Positions 1 to 13,702 are shown, counted from the first letter of the stretch. The stretch is DNA of 64,000 bases from Haliotis rubra (GCF_003918875.1 NW_025765942.1:1-64000), one strand, 5' to 3'. Numbers and translations: made by a program. The notes: generated by a model not told the origin, from the letters alone.

Positions 1-955
1 CCATGTCGGTTGTGACGGTACACTCCACCATGTCAGTGATGACAGTTATGACATATACTCACCATGTCAGTTGTGACAGTACAGTCACCATGTCAGTGAT
101 GACAGTCTACTCACCATGTCAGGGATGACAGTATACTCACCATGTCAGCAGGGACAGTATACTCACCATGTCAGTGATGACAGTATACTCACCATGTCAG
201 CAGGGACAGTATACTCACCATGTCAGTGTTGATAGTATACTCACCATGTCAGTAATGACAGTATGACAGTTATGACAGTATACTCACCATGTCAGTTGTG
301 ACAGTACACTCACCATGTCAGTGATGACAGTATACTCACCATGTCAGTTATGAAAGTATACTCACCATGTCAGTTATGACAGTACACTCACCATGTCAGT
401 GGTGACAGTATACTCACCATGTCAGAGGTGACAGTATACTCACCGTGTCAGAGGTGACAGTATACTCACCATGTCAGCAGGAGAGGAAACTCAGTCAGTG
501 AAGTATACTCACCATGTCAGTTATGACAGTACACTCACCATGTCAGTGGTGACAGTATACTCACCATGTCAGAGGTGACAGTATACTCACCGTGTCAGAG
601 GTGACAGTACACTCACCATGTCAGTGGTGACAGTATACTCACCATGTCAGTGAAGACAGTACACTCACCATTTCAGTGATGACAGTACACTCACCATGTC
701 AGTGATGACAGCACACTCACCATGTCAGTGATGACAGCACACTCACCATGTCAGTGATGACAGTATATTCACCATTTCAGTGATAACAGTACACTCACAA
801 TGCCAGTGATGACAGTATACTCACCATGTCAGTGATGACAGTATACTCACCATGTCAGTGATGACAGTATACTCACCATGTCAGTGATGAGAGTATACTC
901 ACCATGTGAGTTTGGACAGTATACTCACCATGTAAGTGATGACTGTATACTCACC
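1..955. repeat. 26-bp minisatellite (consensus GTATACTCACCATGTCAGTGATGACA), ~35 copies
   Basis: Direct tandem repetition. Each unit contains a TGTCA-gtga-TGACA mini-palindrome and, on the - strand, ATG|GTGAGTA (a 5' splice-site match). Confidence 0.95.
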
Positions 956-1724
956 CCTTAATTATTTCCCTTAAATCAGGTAAATGCGTGGTTAGCAGAC
1001 CAGTTGTGACGCCTGTGTAATCCTGAGATATCTCCCTTCAATCAGATGAAGTCTATATTGTGTACTTTCAAAGTGTCTGTCAAAGCTGTAGCCAAGTAAT
1101 CCTGTCTGTTGAGATATTTTCACTTGCAGGGAAATAATTTCTGTGTTCAGCTGCCATACACTACACAGTATCATTTTGAGATGAGTTAATTATAACAAGT
1201 GTTCACAGCTGTTTGTTTCTGGTTTAGTTGTGGACAAATAGTAAATAGAAATGGCTGACCAACCCAAAACTGTCATTTTCCTGATCATGATTTCTGTGTA
1301 CTTGTTATGCCCTTGTATTGAAAAGGGGGATATAGAGATCAACATGTGCTTCCATCCATCTGCCCATCCCCGTTTTCGAGTAGAACTTCCAAACTGCAGA
1401 GTAAATTCATGATGACACTTATTATATGAGTTGCAGTGAACCTAAGGCTTTTGATGACTTGGGATATTTTGTATTCTATAACATTTATGTTTTCACTATG
1501 AGAAAAGGTATTTGCATTGTAAAAATAGAGCAGAACTCCTAACACTTTGAATATTTCAAGATGAAATTTACTACACTGCTTGATCTTGTGGTGAACAGGT
1601 GTCTTTTGATGCTTTGGGGTTTTGCAAATACTTAACATTGTTAATTGTTTACTCAACAACTTGGATCTATCTAATTGCAGACCGCTAAATGTGGGGCAGA
1701 AGCAGCCAAACTCCTTTAGGAACT

Positions 1725-2080
1725 TCTCTGATTCACCTATCAGTCCTCTACAACCAAGGACCCTACCTTCAAGACCTACTGACACATTACTCTCTAGAAA
1801 TAACTCTACGCTCATCACAACGACTGTTACTCGCTGTCCCAAGCTATAATCTAAAATCATTTGGCTCAAGAACCTTTCTCTGTGGAACTCTGTCCCAATC
1901 GAGTTAAAATCATCTCCTACCCTAAGTATATTCAAAACATGACTCAAGACTCATCTATTTCTCCACTACAAGTAACTTTTAATCAATGATACAGTTTTTA
2001 CTTGAGCTCAGGAAGCGGTTTGAGCATATCCCAGTCACATGGTAAGGTGCTATATAAATGTCCTATCATGATTTTATTAC
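1725..2080 (+). mobile_element. Degenerate 3' end of an L2/CR1-group LINE (ORF2 C-terminus plus 3' tail)
   Basis: Translates across frames as YLQDLLTHY..TLRSSQRLLLAVPSYNLKSFGSRTF../LWNSVPIELKSSPTLSIFKT*LKTHLF, the typical L2/CR1 ORF2 end, followed by a tail resembling aagcg-tttgagca..gctatataaat..attatta. Confidence 0.75.
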
Positions 2081-2082
2081 AG

Positions 2083-2728
2083 ATTTAGATGAAAAAATGC
2101 AGCAGAGAGGGTTCGTTATTATTAACTTCATCTCTTGATGACTCGTTTCAGGCTGCAGAAGCCCTTGCTGCAAGAGTCTCCCCATGCTTGATGAGGAACT
2201 GCCATGTGGCTGCGTATCGACAGTATGTGACACAGAGGCTGATGTCCGCTGTGGTGCTGGCTGTTGATGAGCAAGCAGAAACTGTGATGTCAATGGAATT
2301 TGCCAAGGAAGAGATCCAAGTAACTGATGTATCTGGCAGTGAATCAAGACCTGATGTGTCAAACCGTAATCTGACACCTGGTGTTTCAGGCAGTGAACTG
2401 ACACCTGATGTGTCAGGCTGTAGGCCGACACCTATGGAATGTGAAATAAATGAAACTGAAAATGTAACATTTTCAGAGGAAACAACATGTGCTATATTAT
2501 CCAAGGAGGAGAGTGCAGGTTCTTCCATGGCTGAACTAGATCATGTTCATTCAGATGCCACTGCCCTTGGCCATGTAGAGACAACTAGAGACAGAAACTT
2601 CAGTGTTAGAAGTAGTATCCCATGTGAATGTAATGGATCTCAGGAAGATATGAAGATTGAAGTTGCAAAAGATTCTGTACAGGATCAGTCAGGACCGATG
2701 GAATCAGAGTCTTGTGTAAACACTCTTG
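2083..2728 (+). CDS. Upstream coding exon of the large ankyrin-repeat gene (acidic, Ser/Glu-rich, with four 9-aa repeats)
   Basis: ORF 2089-2790. Donor G|GTAAGC after 2728 is phase 1 and matches the acceptor at 3906/3907. The 5' boundary (ttattacag| at 2082 or ttag| at 2088) is uncertain. Confidence 0.65.
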
Positions 2729-3906
2729 GTAAGCTCTTTTTGAGTAAAGTATTTTTAGTACACAGAATATATCTTTTCAATCAGACATAAGTTTGATTGT
2801 TTGAAAGAGTGGTATGGTGGGTGCTACAGATAGGGCAGGAAATGCTTACCACTGACCACTGAACACCTGGTGTCAACACTGAGTTTTAGTGATCCATTCA
2901 GAACAAATTTCAGAGGACAGTTAAGACTGGATATACTATACTATAGTCCTTGAGTTTCATATAAATACTTCATAACGATAAGTGACTAACATATTTCACT
3001 TTTTAACAAGGTTCATGACCAACCTCAATGAAACTGATTGCCATCCCAACTGAACATGTTCTGATACCATTTGTTCCAGATAAATCCCCTTATTACCTCA
3101 TTCGGGGTCAAAACGTGGGTACTGGCCTGTTCCTGTTGACACTGTCTTACTCCAATTATGTACCCAATTTGATAAAACGGGGTTGTATTTAAACATACTC
3201 TGTCATAAGTAACCCTTCCTCAGAAAATAGGTCAACTCTAGTCAATCAGAAAGCAGCTTTCACATGTAAGCATTATGGATCTTGTTACAAACAGCAACTT
3301 TCATTCCAGACTATATTTTGAAAAGTACTTGACAAATATCTTGTTTCAAAAGTAAAAACCTGGACGAAAGAAAATTCTCGATTGTCTAATACTTTACGAT
3401 ACTTTTCTGGGGACTATGGAAAGAATATGTTGTTTCAATTGAATTTTGACGGAATCAGTGCTAACCTTTTTGTAGATCTATGATTAGAAATAAATTCCAA
3501 ATGTCACTTTACAGATCTGGTAAGCAGCGCTCTGATTGGTTTGAGGAAAGTTGTTCTGACAATATCCAGAATACTATATTCTCTATCATTGTTCATCATG
3601 TTTATGGTAACAAGAGCTGGGATAGTATTTTCATGAGATTGTTCATGATCTGCCGACATGTGATCTTACAGGCTGCCAAATAGGATAAAATATATGTCTG
3701 TTGAAAAGAAATTACAAATACCGGTAGCTTCTATGAATTCAATTTTTGACATTTCTTTGGGACCATCAGTTTGTAGTTTGCCACTACCTATTTTCAAAAA
3801 GAATACGACAATATATTTCCTGCCCAGTCGTTTAACTAAATTAACCCCAAATTGATGGTATTGTCATGGTTAGATTCACAGCTTTTTTAACCATTGTCTC
3901 TTGCAG

Positions 3907-6900
3907 ATCATGTTTCAACACGGTCACAGTGTGAGGCTTTATTTGAAAACCAGAAGCCAAACTTTACAGCTCTGATGCTACTTTGTTTGGACAGAGGAAA
4001 ACTGATGATGTCAAACTTGGATGATGCAGCAGAAGAGTGGCACATGAGGTGGTCCTGTCAGTTGACCAGAATGGACGAAATGAGTAAAGGGCAGTTTAGC
4101 CAGTGCTTACATGGCCTGACTGGGTCATTACTCACATCACAGGATACAGTAGTACAGTTCAGGTATAAAGATACACAATCTCATGTAGAAGCAATCATCA
4201 AGGCTGCTGCTGTTGAATATATCTGTGAACTAGATCCTTTGTTTATATACAGACACGTGAAGGTGCCCTGGACTTCCTTGAAGAATGACCCAGGATTTAC
4301 CATTTACTTGGATAAGAGCAGACAGAAGGACTTGGCATTACACTTTAAAACAGAGATAGAAAAACACAACTTTGCTTTTACCTTGACTCATCAAGCTTGT
4401 GGAAAGCACACTTTTGCTTCAACATTAGTACGATCCATTGGAATGGGTACCTCAGTACACAGAAATATAAGAGAACTTTTTAAAACATGTGATACAACTC
4501 ATCGTGGTACCTTCCTGAACTGGATATGTTTTGGAAGAAATGCTGAATTATACAAAGTGCTTTCAAGTTACATGACTGAAGAGGAGAGGAAAGAATGTGT
4601 CATACCGTGTTGTGTGAGTGGCAATTCAGAAATACTGCAACTACTTCTAGAAGATATGGAACTGGATGTAATTCTATCCTTGTCACCCAGCTTACAAGTA
4701 GTCTATGGCATTGACATTTGTAAGGGACAAACTGAATGTCTCCAAACTCATCATCTTCCCCCACTACATCTCGCCTCCTATTACGGACATGCAGACATCG
4801 TTCAGCTGCTGCTTCAGTATGGATGTGATGTAAATGCCCAGCTGCAGCCCCAGTTAGGTGAAGCAGGACATATCGCCGCCAGATCAACACCAGCTGCTGT
4901 AGCAGCACATGGAGGACATACAGAAGTATTAAAGTGTCTGATGGAAAGCAAGGCTGATCTCAGTCTGGTCGACTGCAACTTTAACACTCCCCTCCACTTA
5001 GCTTGTGAAGCCGGCCATAAAAGGAGTGTTTTGATACTAGCAAGTATGTGTAAGATCTCTCCCAGGAATAAAGATGGAAACACACCTGTTCATCTAGCCT
5101 GCCAAGAGGGAAGAATAGATGTTGTTGATATTCTACTTAAAAGAAATGCTGATCTCACCATACTAAACTTTGACAACTGTTCACCATTACATGTTGTATG
5201 TAGTAAAGGTTATTCCAATGTTTTACAGCTATTGCTGGATAGAACAGCATATCCATTGCCAGTTGATGGCTCCCAAACTCCCTTGCATGTGGCATGTCAG
5301 AATGGACACTCAGAGATTGTGAGGACACTTTTACAACACGGCGCTGGCAGGTCCGTTTCAGCTGGTAAAACCACACCCCTTGGAATAGCTGTGAGAGAAA
5401 GACATACTGGTGGTGTTAAACTGTTGATAGAGAAAGGGGCTGATGTATCTGGTGGTGGTTGTGGTCACACACCTCTGTCATGGGCCTGTAAGAATGGTCA
5501 TATTGATATAGTCAAACTGTTGATAGAGAAAGGGGCTGATGTATCTGGTGATGGTTATGGTTACACACCTCTGTCATGGGCCTGTAAGAATGGTCATATT
5601 GATATAGTCAAACTGTTGATAGAGAAAGGGGCTGATGTATCTGGTGGTGGTTGTGGTCACACACCTCTGTCATGGGCCTGTAAGAATGGTCATATTGATA
5701 TAGTCAAACTGTTGATAGAGAAAGGGGCTGATATATCTGCTGCTCATGATGGTGACACACCTCTGTCATGTGCCTGTGAGAATGGTCATATTGATATAGT
5801 CAAGCTGTTGATAGAGAAAGGGGCTCATGTATCTGGTGATGATGGCTATAGTGACACACCTCTGTCATGTGCCTATAAGAATGGTCATATTGATATAGTC
5901 AAGCTGTTGATAGAGAAAGGGGCTGATATATCTGGTGATGATGGCTATAGTGACACACCTCTGTCATGGGCCTGTAAGAATAGTCATATTGATATAGTCA
6001 AGCTGTTGATAGAGAAAGGGGCTGATATATCTGGTGATGATGGTTATAGTGACACACCTCTGTCATGGGCCTGTAAGAATGATCATATTGATATAGTCAA
6101 GCTGTTGATAGAGAAAGGGGCTGATATATCTGATGCTGCTGCTGATGGTGACACACCTCTGTCATGGGCCTGTATGAATGGTCATATTGATATAGTCAAA
6201 CTGTTGATAGAGAAAGGGGCTGATATATCTGGTGATGATGGCTATAGTGACACACCTCTGTCATGTGCCTGTGAGAATGGTCATATTGATATAGTCAAGC
6301 TGTTGATAGAGAAAGGGGCTGATATATCTGGTGGTGGTCGTTATGGTTACACACCTCTGTCATGGGCCTGTAAGAATGGTCATATTGATAAAGTCGAACT
6401 GTTGATAGAGAAAGGGGCTGATGTATCTGGTGGTGGTCGTTATGGTTACACACCTCTGTCATGGGCCTGTGAAAATGGTCATATTGATATAGTCAAACTG
6501 TTGATAGAGAAAGGGGCTGATGTATCTGCTGCTGATGGTGACATACCTCTGTTAAGGGCCTGTGAGAATGGTCATATTGATATAGTCAAGCTGTTGATAG
6601 AGAAAGGGGCTGATGTATCTGGTGATGGTTGCTGTGGTGAGATACTTCTGTTAGGCGCCTGTAAGAATGGTCATATTGATATAGTCAAGCTGTTGATAGA
6701 GAAAGGGGCTGATGTATCTGGTGATGATGGCTATAGTGACACACCTCTGTCATGTGCCTGTGAGAATGGTCATATTGATATAGTCAAGCTGTTGATAGAG
6801 AAAGGGGCTGATATATCTGGTGATGATGGTTATAGTGACACACCTCTGTCATGTGCCTGTGAGAATGGTCATATTGATATAGTCAAGCTGTTGATAGAGA

Positions 6901-9900
6901 AAGGGGCTGATATATCTGATGCTGCTGCTGATGGTGACACACCTCTGTCATGTGCCTGTGAGAATGGTCATATTGATATAGTCAAGCTGTTGATAGAGAA
7001 AGGGGCTGATATATCTGATGCTGCTCATGATGGTGACACACCTCTGTCATGTGCCTGTGAGAATGGTCATATTGATATAGTCAAGCTGTTGATAGAGAAA
7101 GGGGCTGATATATCTGATGCTGCTGCTGATGGTGACACACCTCTGTCATGGGCCTGTATGAATGGTCATATTGATATAGTCAAACTGTTGATAGAGAAAG
7201 GGGCTGATATATCTGGTGATGATGGCTATAGTGACACACCTCTGTCATGGGCCCTGTAAGAATGGTCATATTGATATAGTCAAGCTGTTGATAGAGAAAG
7301 GGGCTGATGTATCTGCTGCTGGTGGCTATTGTTACACACCTCTGTCATGTGCCTGTGAAAATGGTCATATTGATATAATCAAGCTGTTGATAGAGAAAGG
7401 GGCTGATGTATCTGCTGGTGATGGTTATGGTTACACACCTCTGTCATGTGCCTGTAGGAATGGTCATATTGATACAGTCAAACTGTTGATAGAGAAAGGG
7501 GCTGATGTATTTGCTGCTGATGGTGCCGGTGACTCACCTGTTGTCAGACTTTTAGGTAATTTGAACATATCGGCAGGTTGGTTTGCCAAAGAAGAAAGAG
7601 AAGTTGTCTCTTTGTTGCTGAAAGAAGTGTTACCTAAACATGTAACATCTTTGTCCGACTGTTTTCACAGATCATTGATTGATTGGGTCTTTACTTCTGA
7701 AAGTCAAGATATAGTAAAACATGTTTGTGATAGATCTGATAAGAAATCTTTCTCAGGCAGGCTATGTCAGTCTTTACTGAGGAAAGCTATTGTGAAGGGT
7801 GATGCATATGGCGTTTGGTTGCTCACAGAATATGCCACGCCAATGGTCTCCAATGATCTTCTCTTGAGTCTCATGTCAGTAGCTATAGGGAAGCGTCACA
7901 TTGCAGTTTTTCAAATGCTGCACTGCATCCCGCATGTTCATGATTCCAGTGACACATTAGTTCAGAAAGCATGTCGTTATGGATTGGTACAAGTCTGTAA
8001 TGTCCTGCTAAGATGTGGATCGAATCACTCTGGAGTATGTTTCACCAAAGCACTCAAAGTGAAAAATGTTGTTCTTGCCGAGCTGCTACTTAGCCATGGT
8101 GTGGATGTCAATGCACGTGATGATGATAACAACACTTCACTGCACTTAGCATGTGAAGTAGGGGAATGCAGTTTAGCGGAGGTCATTGCCAAAAGCATTG
8201 GTGTGTCACAAACGAACAAACGATCGGAAACACCTTTGTTTGTTGCATGTCGTTACGGATATGTCAATGTTGCCAAACTGTTGTTAAGCTTAGGTGCAGA
8301 CATAACAACAAAGGATGTCAATGGAAATACAGTTCTGCACTCTGTGTGTCAGTCTGGACAAGAGAAATTACTTCAGCTGTTTCTTCATTATATTTGGGTG
8401 GAAACAGACAATGGATATCATGATCAAGCACAGGAACACTTTTGCAATCGTAGGTATGCTGGTGATGTTCTTCATCTTCTTAACAATGATGACGAAACAC
8501 CCCTTCATGCTGCATGTAGAAATAAACGTGCAAAAGTTGTTAAATTACTGCTTCAGTACAAGGCTTCTGTATTCATGACTGATAAAAACGGACACACACC
8601 TCTCTATCATGCAATGAAACTAAAAACATTATTCAGTGTTCTTTGTTCAGCGACATGGGACATAAATGGGATGGATTCTGACGGGAATACCATTCTGCAT
8701 ATGGCATGCATGAAAGGCTGTTTGGAAAGTGTTGATGTACTTTGTAGCAGAGGAGCAAGTGTGGTGGTTTGCAACAAGAATCACGAATATGCACTTCATA
8801 AGTCAGCAGAGAATGGAAATGCAGAAATTATGAACATTCTTTTAGCTCACCAAGCTGATGTAAATGTGACTGACGGGGACAAAGCAGACCCCACTACATA
8901 TTGCATGTGCTGAGGGCCATTTGAAAATAGTTGAAGTCTTGATTAAAAGTGAAGTCAATGTAAATGTGCCTGATAAACATTTACTCGTTCCACTGCATCT
9001 CGCATGTAGAGACGGACACAGAGATATTGCTGATGCTTTGATGAAGTCATCAGCGGACATTGAACCATTTTCTGGGAAACGATACACACCGCTAATCTAT
9101 GCTTGTGAAGCCGGGCATATTGATTGTGTTGCACTCTTGGTGGAGAATGGTGCTTGTGTCAACATTGCAGGATTTCGGGGCAATACTCCTTTACACCGAG
9201 CATCTGTTGGGGGTCATGTGAATGTTGTGAAGTTGTTGCTTTCTTGTGGAGCTGACCCAATACGGGAAAATGACAATGGAAAGCTTCCATTACACCATGC
9301 AGTTCTGTGGGGCCACCTTGCTATTGTTAACATGCTATTAGACAAAACAAGATTGTTCCTTCATGAAATGGAAAACGTCATGTCATTGCTTGAACGGGCG
9401 TGTTCAAGAGGACATGCTGAGATAGTGAAGAGGTTGATCGATTTCATTCCAGGCGGTTCTATGTCATCCCTTCCCATGACTTCTCTTGTCGCAAGTGTCA
9501 TCCGCGCAACCACATTAAACTTTTACCTGTACTTTCGGATACAGGGCTGGACATCAAACTGCAAGATGAATTTGGAAGGAATGCACTGCAAATGTTATGT
9601 GAAATGGAAGGCTGTGAAATAGACACGTTAGAGAAAGTTTTAGAGTTAGGATTTGATTTATCAAAGACAACTGGACTAGGGGAATCAATGCTTCATGTTG
9701 TCTGCAAAGTAGGAAATATTGAACTGGTGAATTACTTGATTGGTAAAGGAATAGATATCCAGACAAAAGACACCAATGGAAATACAGCTCTCCATGCAGC
9801 ATGTGCTCGTGGTCACTTTGAAATAGCTAAAGTACTGATTGAGAAAGGACTTAGTTTCAATGAAAAGAACACAAGAGCAATGAGTCCACTTGATCTTGCA

Positions 9901-12085
9901 ATCATCAATACGCACTATGGAGTAACATGTGTATATGACCACTGGTATGCTGTGTCAAAGTGTCATCCAGGAATAAGCATGATATCCCTCCATCACATTT
10001 GCCGGGACAACAAAATACAGTTACTTTACAATTCTGAGATTGTTTTTGCTGAAAAAGACAGTGATGGAAATTCTGCTCTTCATGTTGCCTGTGAGGAAAG
10101 ATCGGAAGAGATAGTACAGTTATTGATAATAGCAGGAGCCTGGTTGCTTGTATTCAATAATCATGGAGAGGCACCAGTGCATATTGCTTGCCATGGACCA
10201 TGTCTTAAAGCTATGATAGATGCAATTCACAAGAAGATCAAGGTCAAGGTTTTGTCACTGCGTGACAAAAATGGAAATACTCCACTTCACCTTGTAATAC
10301 GCGCACAGAATCTAGGAAACTTGTGCATTCTTTTGGATAACAATGTTGATGTTGAAATGGTAAACAGCTTTCATCAAACTGCTCTGCACATTGCCTGCTA
10401 TGGTGGGAATGTGAACGTAGTTGAAAAACTCTTAGGAGCTGGAGCTAGTGTTATAGCTGTTGACAAAAAGTGGTAATACCCTCTTCATATAGTGGTGAAA
10501 TTGCAGGAGGAATCTACCATTGTTAAAGCATATAAACAGCACAGATGATGTGATTACTTCAAAGAATTATGAAGGAAGAACACCTTTCCACGAAGCAGTC
10601 AGCCATGGACACGCTTATGACATGATCCATTACATGATGACAGAATACTGTCACTTTTCTGCCATGGATCTGTCCGTGCCGCATCTTCAGCAGTTTATCA
10701 GACAGGTGGGCAGAGAAGACTTCATGAGACTGATGATGGCTGAAGAGATTGATATTAGCTCCATGGTAACACACCCTTACACTATGCAGCAGAAACTGAG
10801 AGCCTTGAAAATGGTGAGAACTTTGATCAGACGAGGGTACAGCTGCGATGCTAGAAATAAGCAAGGAAGACACCCTTGTATAATGCATGTTCAAGTGGAA
10901 GTGCAAACATAGTAAAACTGATTTTGCAAGAATCGTCATTATCTAGTGTCAGTGATTCTAACAATATGACACCTTTGCATGTAGCCAGTTGGAAGGGCCA
11001 CGTGGATGTTGTGAAGCTTCTGCTGGAATCTGACCATGATCTCCAGGCAAAAACCAATGACGGACAAACAGCACTTCATTTGTCTTGTCTGGAAGGACAC
11101 CGGGATGTTGCTGAAGTTTTATTGAAGGCTGGATCAGATATCAATGCATTAGACAGTGCTCTTGATACACCTCTGCATTTAGCTGCCAGAGCTGGTGTGT
11201 GTGATGTGGTGGTTCTCCAGGCTAAGTGGGGAGCGAGGGACACACAGTGTAACAAGCACGGTAAAACTGCTCTTCATGTAGCATGTCATGAAGGACATAC
11301 TGATGCTGTCAAAGCACTTCTCAACATGGGGAGTGATATTCTAGCAACAAATAATTAGAAAAGACCCCTCTGATGTTAGCCTGTGATCGACAACATGAGT
11401 CCATTGTGGAGTTGTTGCTTCATCGGTCACGGCTGCAAATAGAAGTTCAGTGTTCACAGAACCAAAATCAGGGCTTCTTACGGAAGAAAACATTCATCAA
11501 AAATCTAAACTACTGCCTTCTTGTGGCTTGTACGTACAATTACATTAACACAGTGAAACTGTTACTCAAGTATGATGTTGATATTAATCACAGACGTAGT
11601 GAGTCCGATATAGGGAACATATGTAGAGACAGGACTGAGGGCAGTTGTGCAAGTGACATGGACAAGGACAAGATGGAGGGTGGTTGTACAAGACATACGA
11701 ACAGAGTTCAGATGGACAGGGAGGCCGAACTTGAGACCCCGTTACATAGCTGCTGTTATGAAGGACATAATGAATGTGTTGAGCTTCTCATACAAGCCGG
11801 GGCACTGCTGGAGCCAAGAACTGCTCGTGGGGACACGCCACTGCATGTGGCTTGCAAACAAGGACATGCGCGTATTGTGGATCTGCTGATGGCACATGGG
11901 GTCTCGCTATCGCCTGTGAATTCTGATAATAGTACTCCGCTACACTATGCCAGTGAAGGAGGATATGAAGGCCTTGTGTCGAGACTGTTGGAAGCAGGTG
12001 CAGATGCTGACGTCAGAGACGTTCACGGGAAATCCCCACTTGAAGTATGCAGCAGCCGAGGGGTGAAAAACATCCTCCATAAAAG
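3907..12085 (+). CDS. ~8.2 kb exon of a giant ankyrin-repeat protein (roughly 60 repeats by hand estimate), broken by at least 6 apparent frameshifts
   Basis: Consecutive ORFs 3894-7259, 7216-8913, 8921-9622, 9592-10476, 10520-10912, 10876-11358 and 11373-12149 all carry TPLHxAxxxGH..VxxLL..GA motifs. Acceptor ttgcag|AT at 3906, donor AAAAG|GTACGT at 12085. Frame breaks near 7252, 8883, 9470, 10465, 10870 and 11355. Confidence 0.9.
5418..7530 (+). repeat. Coding tandem array of ~21 near-identical ankyrin units (93/96/99 bp)
   Basis: 22 LLIEKGA motifs. Unit is LLIEKGAD[V/I]S-(variable loop)-TPLS[W/C]AC[K/E/M/R]NGHIDIVK. Confidence 0.97.
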
Positions 12086-12659
12086 GTACGTTGGTTGTTG
12101 TTTAATGCCGCACTCAGCAATATTCCAGCTGTATGGCAGCGGTCTGTAAATGATTGGGTCTCAACAGCATGATCATCGTTCTACCTTAAAAGGTAAGAAG
12201 ACAATGATGCAAAAAAATGCTACTGTTAGTAATAATATAATGTTACATATTTATTTCGCCATTCAAATTCTTTAAACTCTCTTCATGATCACCTTGATGC
12301 CAGAAATATTATGAGTCTTTTAGAAGCAGAATCCTGTTTAAATGATTTACAATATCCAGCTCTAGAATTCTTTAATATGTGTTATGGGGAGAGGATATGA
12401 TGTTATGAAAAGTATTTTCTGAGACTGCCATAACGCTAGGATGCGCAGAGCATTATGTGAAACAGCACTGCAAATACCTGATTCCTGTTTAAATGTTCAG
12501 CCATAACTGGTCACCAGTACTTTCTGTGATCATCAGTAAGAGGTGAATTGATGGATCCGGTGGTCAGACTTGGTGACGTGGTTGTTTGTTGATTGTTGCT
12601 CATGATATCAATCACTAGATTACCTTGTCCAGATAATATATTTACAGGCTGAATATCAA

Positions 12660-13615
12660 ATTCTCTCTCTCTCTCTCTATCTATATCTAACTCTATCAAT
12701 CTATCTAACTCTCTCTCTATCTGTCTATATCTGTCTCTATCTAACTCTCTCTAATCTACCTACCTACCTATCTATATATCTATATCTGTATCTATCTATT
12801 TATGTATATCCAACTCTCTCTCTATATATATATCTAACTATATATCTATCTATCTAACTATCTATCTATCTCTATCGATCTATCTCTCTCTCTCTCTATC
12901 TATATCTCTCTATCTCTAGCTATCTAACTCTATCTATCTAATCTACCTACCTATCTTATCTATCTAATCTACCTACCTAATCTATCTACCTACCTATCTA
13001 TATATCTCTATCGACCTAACTCTCTCTCTATCTATATCTCTCTCTCTAGCTATCTAACTCTATCTATCTAATCTACCTACCTATCTTATCTATCTAATCT
13101 ACATACCTAATCTATCTACCTACCTATCTATATATCTCTCTCGACCTAACGCTCTCTCTATCGATATCTCTCTCTCTAGCTATCTAACTCTATCTATATA
13201 ATCTACCTACCTATCTTATCTATCTAATCTACATACCTAATCTATCTACCTACCTATCTATATATCTCTCTCGACCTAACTCTCTCTCTATCGATATCTC
13301 TCTCTCTAGCTATCTAACTCTATCTATATAATCTACCTACCTATCTTATTTATCTTATCTACCTACCTACCTAATCTATCTACCTACCTATCTATATATC
13401 TGTATCGACCTATCTATCTAACTATCTTTCTATATCTCTATCTAACTCTATCTATCTACCTACCTACCTACATATCTAGCTGTATATATATATATCTATC
13501 GATCTATATGTCTAACTCTCTATCTCTATCTATCTGTCTATCTATCTAATCTACCTACCTACCTTATCTATCTATCTGATCTACCTACCTACCTTATCTA
13601 TCTATCTATCTATCT
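12660..13615. repeat. Complex (TCTA/CCTA/TC)n microsatellite with a 130-bp higher-order period (intronic)
   Basis: CTAGCTATCTAACTC recurs at 12916, 13046, 13176 and 13306. Confidence 0.9.
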
Positions 13616-13702
13616 CCAAACAACTCCAAACAAGGAGTCATTCAATGTGTATGATGTCTTCAAGTGTCTACGTTATGCTTATACGACATGTTATTTCCAC
13701 AG

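Noticed and set aside
1339-1947. 202-aa minus-strand ORF
   Set aside because: Antisense to a LINE remnant and repeat-like DNA; no recognisable protein features.
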